Positions 22,635-31,989 of a stretch of 64,000 nucleotides of DNA are shown here, piece by piece (within the stretch, counting starts at the first letter, position 1; the number at the start of each line of letters is the position of its first letter). The stretch is from the NCBI GenBank assembly GCA_963765765.1, contig CAVXYC010000021.1, positions 1 through 64,000 on the forward strand, given 5' to 3'. Below the pieces are notes generated by a model that worked only from the letters and a program-made list of their open reading frames with translations, ran no database searches and was not told the DNA's origin. Origin of the DNA: an uncultured Chloroflexia bacterium (GTDB lineage Bacteria > Chloroflexota > UBA6077 > JACCZL01). Both the position numbers and the translations under genes were made by a program.

Positions 22635-23882
22635 CTAGAACTGCGCGCTTCGCGCGCGATCCGCGAAAGCTTTCTCTATCTCTGCCTGAACAGGGCTGTA
22701 CTTCCAGCCGGGGCTTCCTACGCGCAATGCGTGGTCACGCTCGGTCTGGAGAAAAATGCTCTGGTTCTTCTGAGGATCGCGGAAGGTGTTGATGGGATCC
22801 TCGCCCCGTTGCACCTTCTCGATGTTGTCCATGAGAAGCTTGCGATAGAGGATGATGCCGGTGTCGGACAGGCCCAGGCGCTCCTTGTCCCGTTTGGCAA
22901 TAGGGCCCTGTGTCACCCACATAAGCAGGTCTTGACCTGGCGCGGTGTCTAGCATCTCCCACTGAGGCACGCCGTTCTCACCGATCATTGGATTGGGAAT
23001 GTCGAAGAGCGGCGGATTTCCCTGTGCCTCAACCTCACCGCCAGGCGTGCAAACGGTGTAGTAGAAGTGCAGCGTGTGCTCGTCATCGATCGGCACGCGG
23101 AACTGGAAGTTGAGCGAATCGCCGCTGCCCACGCAGAGGATGTTGGGGAAGAGGATCGGATGACCTCGCCGCCATTCATCGTCTTCCTCGGAGCCATTGC
23201 CGACCACACGACGCTTAATGACACCGTGCTCAAATAGGTCGAAGCCAATCTTCTTGTGCGCCGGTGCTTCCGACTGCTTCGCAGGCAGACCCTGCTTCTC
23301 AAACGAGTAATTGGTCCACTGCCAGTGACACCACTCGAGGTGCACTGGGTCCAGCGAGTTCTCCTGGATCTGAAGCCAGTTGCAAGGGACGATTGTGACA
23401 CCGATATCGCGGATAGAGTTCTCTCTTACCAGCGGCTCCCAGCGCGGGAGCAGCGGTGCGGGCTCTGGCCCGAGATACGCCCAGACGAGTCCGCCCAGCT
23501 CCTGAGCCGGATAGGCAGTCATCTGAATGCGCTCGCGGAACGTGTTGGTCGGATCGGCGGCCTGCTCGTACGGCTGCTCGATGCACGCGCCAGTCTCGTC
23601 GTACTGCCAGCCGTGGTACGCGCAACGGATCCCTCTTTCCTGAGGGAAGCCGTAGAACATATCCACGCGGCGATGCTTGCACTGCTGCTCGATCAGTCCA
23701 ACCGTCCCCGATCGGTCGCGATAGAGCACCAGGTCATCGCCCAGGATGCGGACGCGCTTGGTGGGGTTCTTGTCAAGCTCACTGCTCGCGGCGATTGGGT
23801 GCCAGTAGCGACGCATGAGGTCGCCGCCGGGCGTACCCGCGGTCACCTGTGTAAGTATCTCGTTCTCCTTCTCGGGGATCAT
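22635..23882 (-). CDS. Rieske oxygenase alpha subunit (LigX/CbaA-like)
   Basis: RRYWHP, CKHR…CAYHGW, ENSLDPVHLEWCH, QD; GGAGG RBS. Confidence 0.9.
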   Translation of the reverse strand: MIPEKENEILTQVTAGTPGGDLMRRYWHPIAASSELDKNPTKRVRILGDDLVLYRDRSGTVGLIEQQCKHRRVDMFYGFPQERGIRCAYHGWQYDETGACIEQPYEQAADPTNTFRERIQMTAYPAQELGGLVWAYLGPEPAPLLPRWEPLVRENSIRDIGVTIVPCNWLQIQENSLDPVHLEWCHWQWTNYSFEKQGLPAKQSEAPAHKKIGFDLFEHGVIKRRVVGNGSEEDDEWRRGHPILFPNILCVGSGDSLNFQFRVPIDDEHTLHFYYTVCTPGGEVEAQGNPPLFDIPNPMIGENGVPQWEMLDTAPGQDLLMWVTQGPIAKRDKERLGLSDTGIILYRKLLMDNIEKVQRGEDPINTFRDPQKNQSIFLQTERDHALRVGSPGWKYSPVQAEIEKAFADRARSAQF

Positions 23883-23957
23883 GGCTCTGTCCTCCTGGGC
23901 GGGCAATGTGCGCTAGATATGTACGTCAAAGTTGACAGTACGTCAAGCATGGTCAGG

Positions 23958-24413
23958 TCAAGCAGGGCGAGTAAGGACGCCGATGTGCCATGCCCACGAG
24001 TAGCCTGTGTGGAGCTCTGAGACGTCGATGGCATTACCGCGAATCTCCAGGACGGTGAGCCATCGCGGCCAATTGACGCCCAGAATATCGATACCCGGAA
24101 CGTTGGCCGCGACCTGATTGATGCTGACTGCTTGCTTCAGCATGGTCTCAAAATCGGTGTACGGCCCGAGGAGCTGCTCGTACCGGTCAGCGATGTCGCC
24201 GCCAGGTTCTAGTAGATGCTCGGGCACAGAAACGGGCGCGTTGCTCTCCGGGACATCGATGCCGGGGATAGTTATGACGTAGCTCGGGTGGTCGGCCGTG
24301 GCCGATTCTGTTGCAGAGATGATGGTGCCCAGCCGGGCCTTAGGTCGATTGTCCGGTGCCTCGCCAGCACCATCGCGCAAATAAACCCTATCTCCCTCCC
24401 TGAACCTAGCCAT
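23958..24413 (-). CDS. hypothetical protein with a possible N-terminal SH3-like beta-barrel
   Basis: Clean ORF with AGGAGG RBS; FREGDRV…GTI…YVI…VPEHLLEP pattern. Confidence 0.55.
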   Translation of the reverse strand: MARFREGDRVYLRDGAGEAPDNRPKARLGTIISATESATADHPSYVITIPGIDVPESNAPVSVPEHLLEPGGDIADRYEQLLGPYTDFETMLKQAVSINQVAANVPGIDILGVNWPRWLTVLEIRGNAIDVSELHTGYSWAWHIGVLTRPA

Positions 24414-24474
24414 GCGCCCTCCTGTGGGCGACATGATAGCTTGGGTGAGATGTAAGGGAACTGCGAATGAATCG

Positions 24475-24518
24475 ACCCTACCCGTCCCTCCCCGCGCGCG
24501 GGGAGGGACGGGTAGGGT
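24475..24518. repeat. REP-like perfect palindrome / terminator
   Basis: ACCCTACCCGTCCCTCCCCGCGCGCGGGGAGGGACGGGTAGGGT. Confidence 0.7.
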
Positions 24519-24538
24519 TGTCTCCTCCGATCAGACGC

Positions 24539-26167
24539 CTACTTCTCTATCCACGCGTTCAGCAACGGCGTACCATCCCTCCCCCGATGTGGAGCGAAGT
24601 TTTTTAGCCATGGCTGCCAAACTTCGTAGCGCACAGGGTAGTAGAGATCGATGGCCAGGTCCTTGTCGTCGATGAACGTGGCGATGGAGCGAATGATCTG
24701 GATTCGCTTAGCTGGATCGATTTCGCTCCGCTGGGCTTCCAGCAGCTTGTCCAGCTCCGGCTCGTTGATGGCTTTGTAATTGTTCTTCGCCTTGCTGTGG
24801 TAGCAGGCGTAGACCATCGAGTCGTGGTCAAAATCGTCGCCACAGTCCGTCGCCGCGAGATTGATGAAGAAGTCCTTCGCCTTCCTCTTCGCGGAGAAGT
24901 CGGCGTTGTCCACGCTCTTCAGCGTGACGTTGATTCCGACCTTTTTCAACTGCGCTTGAATAAGTTGGATGCGGCTGACGTACTGCTGTCCGTAGACATT
25001 TCCAGGGAAGTCCCAGAGCAGGTCAACGCCGTTAGGGTTGACCTCGTTGACCAGGCGGCGCGCTTCGTCCGGATCGAACCTGACGAGCTGCTTCATCTCG
25101 TCATCGGTGAATACGCCGCGATGAGCGCCGGCCAGCCCGGGAACGGCTAGGTCGCCGTCCAGAAGACTGAGCTCCTCTCGATTAATACCCAGCCCGATGG
25201 CTTTCCTGATGCGCGGGTCATCCAGCGGCGGCCGCTGCGTTTGCCAGTGAATGTGGAATGCGCCCGTCTGTGAGAACTGGTAGATAACCGCGTCCGGATA
25301 GGACTTGACCAGCTCTTCCACGTTGGGCTTGGCCATCATGGATCGGTCGAGGAAGTCAACCTGCTTCGACCGGAATGCCGCTAGTGCAGCGGTGTCATCG
25401 GGAATGACCAGCCAGCGCACCTCTTCGATATAAGGACCGGGGGCGCCCCAGTACGTGGGGTTTTTCTTCCACACCCAACGTGAGCCTTTTTGAGACGCCG
25501 ATTCGTCGATCTGCCACGGTCCGGTTCCAACGATCCGGTTTTTCAGATGGCCGTCTTGATCGTAGATCTCATGAGGCACGATCGGCACACGGTCTGTGCC
25601 GACGTATGTTAGGAATGGGATGAACGGCTCTTTGAAGCGAACGGTCACGGTGTACGGATCGGGTGTGTCGATGCCAGCAAGGCCCTGGAACATAAAGTCG
25701 TACTGAGCGGGCGGGAGCGACGTGAACTCACCGACACGCGCCCAGTATTCAAAGCTCCACTTTACGTCCGCGGACGTCAATTCACGGCCGTTGACCGGCG
25801 GAACGTTTGCGAATTTGACGCCCTTCCGAAGATTGAACGTGAATGATCTTGCGTCGGGTGAGACTTCCCAGCGCTCCGCTAGCTCTGGCTCGATGATCAT
25901 CTCCTCGAACTTCACGTCGGGACCGGTCTTGAACGTGACAAGGCTCTCGTACGCCAGCGCGATGCCATCGAGGTTGGGCGTGGTCTTGCCCTGATAGCTC
26001 GAATCCCAATCGAACGGATCAGACGCGACTCGGACGTTGAGTGCCCCGCCCGACTTGGGGGCATTCGAGGCGGTTGATCCACCGCTAGGCGATGGCGGAT
26101 TGGAGCTGCAGGCCACGGCAGCCAAGCACAGCACCACTAGTAGTGACCAGGTTGTCGGTCGAACCAT
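24539..26167 (-). CDS. ABC transporter substrate-binding lipoprotein, family 5 (Dpp/Opp-like)
   Basis: Lipobox AVAC; LAERWEVSPD…FNLRKGVKF, DVKWSF, VGTGPW. Confidence 0.9.
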   Translation of the reverse strand: MVRPTTWSLLVVLCLAAVACSSNPPSPSGGSTASNAPKSGGALNVRVASDPFDWDSSYQGKTTPNLDGIALAYESLVTFKTGPDVKFEEMIIEPELAERWEVSPDARSFTFNLRKGVKFANVPPVNGRELTSADVKWSFEYWARVGEFTSLPPAQYDFMFQGLAGIDTPDPYTVTVRFKEPFIPFLTYVGTDRVPIVPHEIYDQDGHLKNRIVGTGPWQIDESASQKGSRWVWKKNPTYWGAPGPYIEEVRWLVIPDDTAALAAFRSKQVDFLDRSMMAKPNVEELVKSYPDAVIYQFSQTGAFHIHWQTQRPPLDDPRIRKAIGLGINREELSLLDGDLAVPGLAGAHRGVFTDDEMKQLVRFDPDEARRLVNEVNPNGVDLLWDFPGNVYGQQYVSRIQLIQAQLKKVGINVTLKSVDNADFSAKRKAKDFFINLAATDCGDDFDHDSMVYACYHSKAKNNYKAINEPELDKLLEAQRSEIDPAKRIQIIRSIATFIDDKDLAIDLYYPVRYEVWQPWLKNFAPHRGRDGTPLLNAWIEK

Positions 26168-26375
26168 CGATGTTCCCTTCCAGCGCGCTCAGTGAATCCA
26201 CCGGCGCTTACTTCGGGATTTCCCTGGCAGCGAGTCAGTCCGTACATCTCAGGGGGACCGGCTACCCACTGATTCCGATATCTGATGAGGACGTTTCCGT
26301 TACAAGGACTCCTTTCCATCGGACAGCCGGACGCGGCCGTCACGGATAATGCGATGTGCGGGATGCGCGGACGCG

Positions 26376-27284
26376 CTAGCGATGCCTCAACTTCGGATCC
26401 AGCACGTCTCGGGTGGTATCACCTAACAGGTTGAAAGCCAGCACGACCGTGGTGATAGCAATGCCCGGGAAAATGACCATCCAGGGGGCCGTAGCCATGT
26501 AGTTCCGCGCGGACCCACTCAACATGCCGCCCCAGGTTGGGTTGGGTGGCGGCGGCCCGAGGCCCAGGAAGCTCAGTGACGCCTCGCGAATGATCGCCTG
26601 GCCGAGCGTGGCAGAGACGAGCACAATGATCGGCGCCCAGCAATTCGGCAGGATGTGCTTGAACATGATGCGGCCGTGCGTTGATCCCAGGACACGTGCC
26701 GCGTCAACATAGGAGTTCTCTTTCAGCGAAAGCGCCGCGCCGCGCACCACGCGCGTCTTGGTGGCAATCTGCGTGATGGCAATGGCAATCAGCACGTTCA
26801 TCACACTTGCTCCAAGCGTAGCCACCAACACCATCGCCAGCACGAGTGAGGGAAACGCTTGAAGCGCATCGATGAAGCGCTGCACAAAGAGATCGAATCT
26901 GCCGCCAACATAGGCGGAGATAATGCCTAGCGCCACCCCGATGGCGACACCAGTCAGCACAGAGCCGACGCCCACAAAGAGGGATACGCGAGCACCATAA
27001 AGGATTCGACTAAAGAGGTCGCGTCCCAGCTCGTCCGTGCCCATGATGTGATCGGCGTAAGGCCCACGGAGGGACACGCTCGTGTCAACTGCGATCGGGT
27101 CGTACGGTGCAACAAGGGGCGCGGCGATGGCGACGGACAGGAACATCAATATCACGACCGCCGAGATCGTCCCTAGCCACTTTTGTCTGGCCAGCTGCAC
27201 GGCGCGTTCCAACCGTGTAGCCTGCTCGGCGGAAATCCAGGGTCGCTTCAGTTCTAGTGTTTGGGCCGGCGCTGCCATAACCAT
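26376..27284 (-). CDS. ABC transporter permease (DppC/OppC-like)
   Basis: GTDELGRDLFSRILYGARVSL, EAA-like loop, EASLSFLGLG, FNLLGD. Confidence 0.92.
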   Translation of the reverse strand: MVMAAPAQTLELKRPWISAEQATRLERAVQLARQKWLGTISAVVILMFLSVAIAAPLVAPYDPIAVDTSVSLRGPYADHIMGTDELGRDLFSRILYGARVSLFVGVGSVLTGVAIGVALGIISAYVGGRFDLFVQRFIDALQAFPSLVLAMVLVATLGASVMNVLIAIAITQIATKTRVVRGAALSLKENSYVDAARVLGSTHGRIMFKHILPNCWAPIIVLVSATLGQAIIREASLSFLGLGPPPPNPTWGGMLSGSARNYMATAPWMVIFPGIAITTVVLAFNLLGDTTRDVLDPKLRHR

Positions 27285-27292
27285 TGGCCTCC

Positions 27293-28243
27293 TTACCGGT
27301 ATCTGATACGCGGGTCGAGCCAGCCGTAGCTGAGGTCCACCAGCAGATTCACGCAAACAAACACGAACGCCAGGAAGAGGACGTTGATCTCGAGCTGTGG
27401 GACGTCGCGATGTTGAATAGCGTGGAGCGTCAACAGGCCAACCCCGGGCAACGAGAAGATGCTTTCGATAATCACCGTGCCACCAAGCAGGAACCCAAGG
27501 TGACTACCGGCGTTGGTGATGACGGGGATCATCGCGTTCTTGATTGCATGGCCGTACCACACGGACTTCTCCGCCAGGCCCTTGGCAAAGGCTGTCCGCA
27601 CATAGTCTTCACGGATCACCTCGAGAAGTGTGTTGCGAGTCATCCTGGTCAAACTGGCGGCGCCACCGATTCCGAGAATTAGAGCCGGTAGGAAGAACTG
27701 CTGGAAATTGACCATCGGCTCTTTCCAGATCGATGCCACGCCCCCTAATGGCGGAATCCAGCCGATTGAAGATGCCAGGAATACCAGAACAATTGTTGCT
27801 AGCCAGAAGTCAGGAACGGCTGTACCAAGCGTGGCCAGGAGTCGGGATATCTGATCGGCCGGCTTATCCTGCTGCGTGGCGGCGATGACTCCCACGGGGA
27901 TGGCGATCACGAGCTGGACAATGAACGCCATGGCCGCGAGCTGGATCGTAACGGGGAGCCTATCCGCGATCTCCTGCAGCACAGGGCGGCGTGTCCACAG
28001 AGAGTTGCCCGCGTCCAGTCGTGCCAGGCCCCCGATCCACTCCGCGTATTGAATGTAGAACGGCTTGTCCATACCCAGCTTGTGGCGGAGGTCGGCGATC
28101 TCCTGGATGCTGAGGGGCGAGTCGGCATACATCACGTCCAGTACGTCGCCGGGAATGATCCGAAGGAACGCGAACGTCAGCAGGCTCACGCCCAGCATGA
28201 CCGGGAGCATGAGTGAAACTCGTGCGGCGATGTACTGGATCAC
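27293..28243 (-). CDS. ABC transporter permease (DppB/OppB-like)
   Basis: PGDV, RLPVTIQLA, DYVRTAFAKGL, ESIFSLPGVG, LDPRIR. Confidence 0.92.
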   Translation of the reverse strand: MIQYIAARVSLMLPVMLGVSLLTFAFLRIIPGDVLDVMYADSPLSIQEIADLRHKLGMDKPFYIQYAEWIGGLARLDAGNSLWTRRPVLQEIADRLPVTIQLAAMAFIVQLVIAIPVGVIAATQQDKPADQISRLLATLGTAVPDFWLATIVLVFLASSIGWIPPLGGVASIWKEPMVNFQQFFLPALILGIGGAASLTRMTRNTLLEVIREDYVRTAFAKGLAEKSVWYGHAIKNAMIPVITNAGSHLGFLLGGTVIIESIFSLPGVGLLTLHAIQHRDVPQLEINVLFLAFVFVCVNLLVDLSYGWLDPRIRYR

Positions 28244-28257
28244 GATAGCGTCCCCTT

Positions 28258-28348
28258 CGACGAGAGACGGAGGACGAAGGACCGGAGACGGAGGACGGAC
28301 TGAACCAGCCGTCGCCCCTCCGTTGGCCGTCCATCATCCTTCGTCCGC
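28258..28348. repeat. short tandem ~7-mer repeats (GACGGAG/GACGAAG) with an inverted partner
   Basis: AGACGGAGGACGAAGGACCGGAGACGGAGGACGGAC … CCGTTGGCCGTCCATCATCCTTCGTCC. Confidence 0.5.
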
Positions 28349-28352
28349 ACCG

Positions 28353-30069
28353 CTATTTCTCTATCCATGAGTCGAGCACCGGCCAGCCAAAGAACAGGAA
28401 GTTGGGCGCGTAGTTCTTCACCCATGGCTGGGTGAACTCGAAGTCGACACCCGCGTACAGGGCCAGGCCGTACACCTGGTCAACGTTGACCATCTTGACG
28501 GCCTGTCGGACGATCTCGCGCCGCTTGGCCGGGTCAGACTCTTTCCGCTGCCCTTCAAGTAGTGAGTTCAAGGCGGGATCGTTGACGCCGGCGATAGTTA
28601 GAGCGACTCGTTGGATGCCACGTCCAGAGATAGGAATCGACATCCCCCTCGATTGCCTTCGCGGTGTGGTTCATCGTGTAGTCGCCGGCACGGCGTCGGT
28701 TCGAGAGGTCGGCGTACTCGAACGGCTTCACGTTCAGATTGATGCCAACCTTCTTGACCTGCGACTGGAGCAGCTCCATCTCCTGAACGTGTTGCTCACC
28801 CAGCGACTTCGGCGTATACATGTACTCGATCTCAACACCGTTGGGGAATCCCGCATCCGCCAGCATCTTTCGAGCCTCGGCCGGATCGTAGCGCAGCATC
28901 TGATGGATCTCGTCCTTGCTGTAGGTATCCGGAAATGCTCCCGCCAACGCCCAACCGCCTTTGCCTCCACTGAACACCTTGACGAACTCGTCGCGATCGA
29001 TAGCGAGCGAGATCGCCTTTCGGACGTTCAGATTGTCCAGCGGCGCCTTGCGCGTGTTCATGTAAAGGTGAATTGGCGCGACTCTGACGAAGTCGTGCAT
29101 CGTCGCCTGCGGGTTGGCCTTCTGGAACCCCTCGGCGTCGGTGACCGTCATGTTGTCGCCCTGCCAGTCAAGCTGCTTAGCCTGGAAGGCGGCGTTGGCG
29201 GCCGCATCATCGCGGATGACGAGCCAGCGGATCTCGTCAATATTTGGCTTGCCCGTTTGCCAGTACGTGGGGTTCTTCTTGAAGATCCAACGTGAGCCCT
29301 TCTGTGATGCGCCAACGTCGAGCTGGTAAGGGCCCGTGCCAACGATCCGATCGTGGAAGTGCCCGTCCTGCTCGAAGATCTCTTTGGGCATTACGGGAAT
29401 GAACTGCGACCCGGCGTAGTACAAGAATGGCGCAAACGGTTCGCTGAACGTGACCTTCACCGTGTACGGATCGGGTGCCTCAACGCTCTTCAGGTTCTCG
29501 AACATCCAGTCATATTGAGCCTTCTGGAGACCCTTGTCCTGGAACTCACCAGTACGCGAGAAGTACTCGAAGCTCCATTTGACGTCGGCCGAGGTCATCT
29601 CGCGACCATTGACCGGTGCCATGTTTGCAAACTTCACGCCCTTGCGCAGGAAGAACGTGTATACGCTGCTGTCAGATGAGACTTCCCAACGCTCGGCCAG
29701 CTCGGGCTCGAGAATCGCAGCCTCAAAGGCAACGCCCGGGCCATTCTTGAAGCCCACCAGGCTCTCATACGCCAGACCGATGCCCCATTGATTGGGGAGC
29801 GACTTGCCGCGATCAGTGGGATCCCAATCGAATGGATCATCCACGACCTGGACATTGAAGGTGCCACCCATTTTGGGGGTGCCTGCCGCTGCGGCGGCCG
29901 GTGGGGCGTCCTTCGCGGCAGGAACCGCGCCGGTGCTCGGTGCAGCCCCGGTTTCAGCCGGCTTCTGGGCTCGATCAGGCGCGGGCGGTGCGCCCGGCGC
30001 GCACGAGATCACAACCATGGAGGCTGTAATCGCTCCGATGACTCCGGTCCAGACTCGTGTAGGACTCAT
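28353..30069 (-). CDS. ABC transporter substrate-binding lipoprotein, family 5 (one frameshift near 28600)
   Basis: VISC lipobox, Pro/Ala linker, LAERWEVS…LRKGVKF; the C-terminus continues in ORF 28353..28643 (WVKNYAPN…DSWIEK); paralog of 24539. Confidence 0.88.
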
Positions 30070-30321
30070 GGCAATCCTCCTCGTCGTCGGCATACCGTGA
30101 CAACGGGTCCACGGCCATTGGCCGGGGACGGGCTATCGAGCTCAGGAATGGGGCGTTACGTTAACAGCAGGACATCCTTTGCAATGCGCATTCGCCATCT
30201 GATCAGGTGGCTAACTATGGCTTTTCGGCACTCTAGCACTCGCACAATCAAGCGTCAACGATTGGTTTTCTTGGAGAATGCGGGACGCGCTACGCACCAC
30301 AGCAGGGCTTCTCGGCTCGTA

Positions 30322-30582
30322 GATCGTGCAAGCTGCCCGTACACTCATGTGGCTCAGCCCGATTACCGCTGGCGACGCATGCCCGAGCCCTCGTCAGCCG
30401 GGCCAGTACGTCTGATCGGTCATTCCCTGGGGCGTTGCACAGTTCTGGGCACACCCCCACAGCACGTCTCATTGACGATAGTGCAAGCTGCCCGTACACT
30501 CATGTGATTCACCCAGATTCACCGCTGGCGACGTATGCCCGAGCTTTCGTCAGACGGGTCAGTATGTCTATCGATTACTGGA
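30322..30582 (+). repeat. imperfect ~105-bp direct duplication (offset 155 bp) of a promoter and leader
   Basis: Exact 26-mer GTGCAAGCTGCCCGTACACTCATGTG at 30326 and 30481; similarity continues through ACCGCTGGCGACG…TGCCCGAGC…TCGTCAG…CGGG…CAGTA…GTCT. Confidence 0.85.
30472..30500 (+). promoter_or_regulatory. sigma70-type promoter
   Basis: TTGACG-17 nt-TACACT upstream of the ATG at 30590. Confidence 0.6.
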
Positions 30583-30589
30583 GAGGTAC

Positions 30590-31819
30590 ATGGGTCCCGA
30601 TATTCGAGCTCGTCGTTCATTAGCATTGGCGATCGGCGCCGCGCTCCTGACCGCGGCGTGTAGCCCAGCAGCGCCGGCCACACCGACCAAGCCGGCGGCA
30701 CCTGCTGCTACCGCCGCGCCAGCCGGATCACCCGCCGCCAAGCCCGCGGCCTCACCAGCAGCATCGCCTGTGGCTTCGCCCGCGGCAGGACAGCCCGCGG
30801 CTACCGCGCGTGCTGAGTCGACGGCGAAGATCGATCCATCACTGGCTTCCGCCTGGCAGGGGAAGACGGTGACCCTGGTAGTGGCCGAGAACCCCGGTGG
30901 TGGATACGACACGTGGGCCCGTCTGACCGGGCGGCATCTCAACCGCTTTATCCCCGGTCAGCCCAACATGATCGTGGAAAACATGCCGGGCGGTAGTCAC
31001 CGCATTGGCATGAATCACATCTACGCATCCAAGCCAGACGGTCTTACCCTCGGCATGGTGGAGCGTTACATCCCGAGCTATCAGCTTCGTGGCGAGGGGC
31101 CCGAGGAGGGCGTGCGATACGACGCTGGCAAGGTCAACTGGATCGGCGCGCCAACCAAGGACACGCAATCATTGACGGTACGCAAGCAAGCTGGCGTGAC
31201 CAATTGGGAGCAGGTACGAAATAGAGAGGTCATCCTCGCACAGAGCGGCGTGGGCGGCCCCCCGAACACGTGGACGATTATCCTGCGTGAGGGGCTTGGA
31301 ATCAAGCTACGTCCCATCTTCGGATTCGCGGGGAGCGCGGCGCAGTTACTGAGCCTTGACCGTGGCGAGACAGACGGAGTCATCACCGACTGGTCGTCCA
31401 TAAAAGTGCAGCGCGCAGACGCGGTAAGGGACGGTGATCTGGTTCCCCTAATCCAGCTTGGCAGCGGCGTCCCGGAGCTGACAGCGAAGGGCGTGCCAAC
31501 CGCGGAGGAGTTGTTCAAAGGCAGGGTGGCTACGGAATACGAGGAGATGCGCAAGTTTGCCCAGATCCCGTTCGACACCTGGTCCCGCGCGGTGCTTGTG
31601 CCACCCGGTATGGAGCCCCGAATGCTCGAGACGCTGCGGGCAGCGTACTGGCAGATGCTCTCGGACCCAACGTTTCTGGGTGAGGTAGAGAAATTGAACT
31701 ACACGATCGAGCCGACCCCGGGTGAGGTCATCCAGTCGGCCATGGCGGAGTATATGAAGACGCCCAAGAATGTCATCGAGAAGCTGGATCAGCTGATTAC
31801 GGCGCAGGAAGAAGGCTAA
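30590..31819 (+). CDS. TctC/Bug-family substrate-binding lipoprotein with Pro/Ala linker
   Basis: TAAC lipobox, PGGGYDTWAR, VENMPGG, KPDGLTL, LDRGETDG. Confidence 0.85.
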   Translation: MGPDIRARRSLALAIGAALLTAACSPAAPATPTKPAAPAATAAPAGSPAAKPAASPAASPVASPAAGQPAATARAESTAKIDPSLASAWQGKTVTLVVAENPGGGYDTWARLTGRHLNRFIPGQPNMIVENMPGGSHRIGMNHIYASKPDGLTLGMVERYIPSYQLRGEGPEEGVRYDAGKVNWIGAPTKDTQSLTVRKQAGVTNWEQVRNREVILAQSGVGGPPNTWTIILREGLGIKLRPIFGFAGSAAQLLSLDRGETDGVITDWSSIKVQRADAVRDGDLVPLIQLGSGVPELTAKGVPTAEELFKGRVATEYEEMRKFAQIPFDTWSRAVLVPPGMEPRMLETLRAAYWQMLSDPTFLGEVEKLNYTIEPTPGEVIQSAMAEYMKTPKNVIEKLDQLITAQEEG

Positions 31820-31848
31820 GCCGATTTTGCCTAGCGATCCTTGTCGAT

Positions 31849-31921
31849 TTGAGTCGCGAAGGATCTCCCCAACGAGAATCCATGACGCCGGTGGGGAAGA
31901 TCCTTCGTTGAACTCAGGATG
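31849..31921. repeat. REP-like element (GAAGGATCT…AGATCCTTCG…CTCAGGATG family)
   Basis: GCGAAGGATCTCCCC…GGGGAAGATCCTTCGTTGAACTCAGGATG; same family as 63424. Confidence 0.7.
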
Positions 31922-31989
31922 CCAAGGATGCTTGTGGTTGATGTGAGAGGCATTGAGTTACCAGGCTAGCAATGACCCTTACGGCTTTA

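Noticed and set aside
26168-26375. Cobalamin riboswitch in the dppC-SBP spacer
   Set aside because: GGGAA and CTGGAAGG fragments are present, but the conserved GCCCCCGC/ACTGT and B12-box arrangement is absent.
30322-30582. CRISPR array
   Set aside because: Only two long imperfect copies, no repeat-spacer periodicity and no cas genes.
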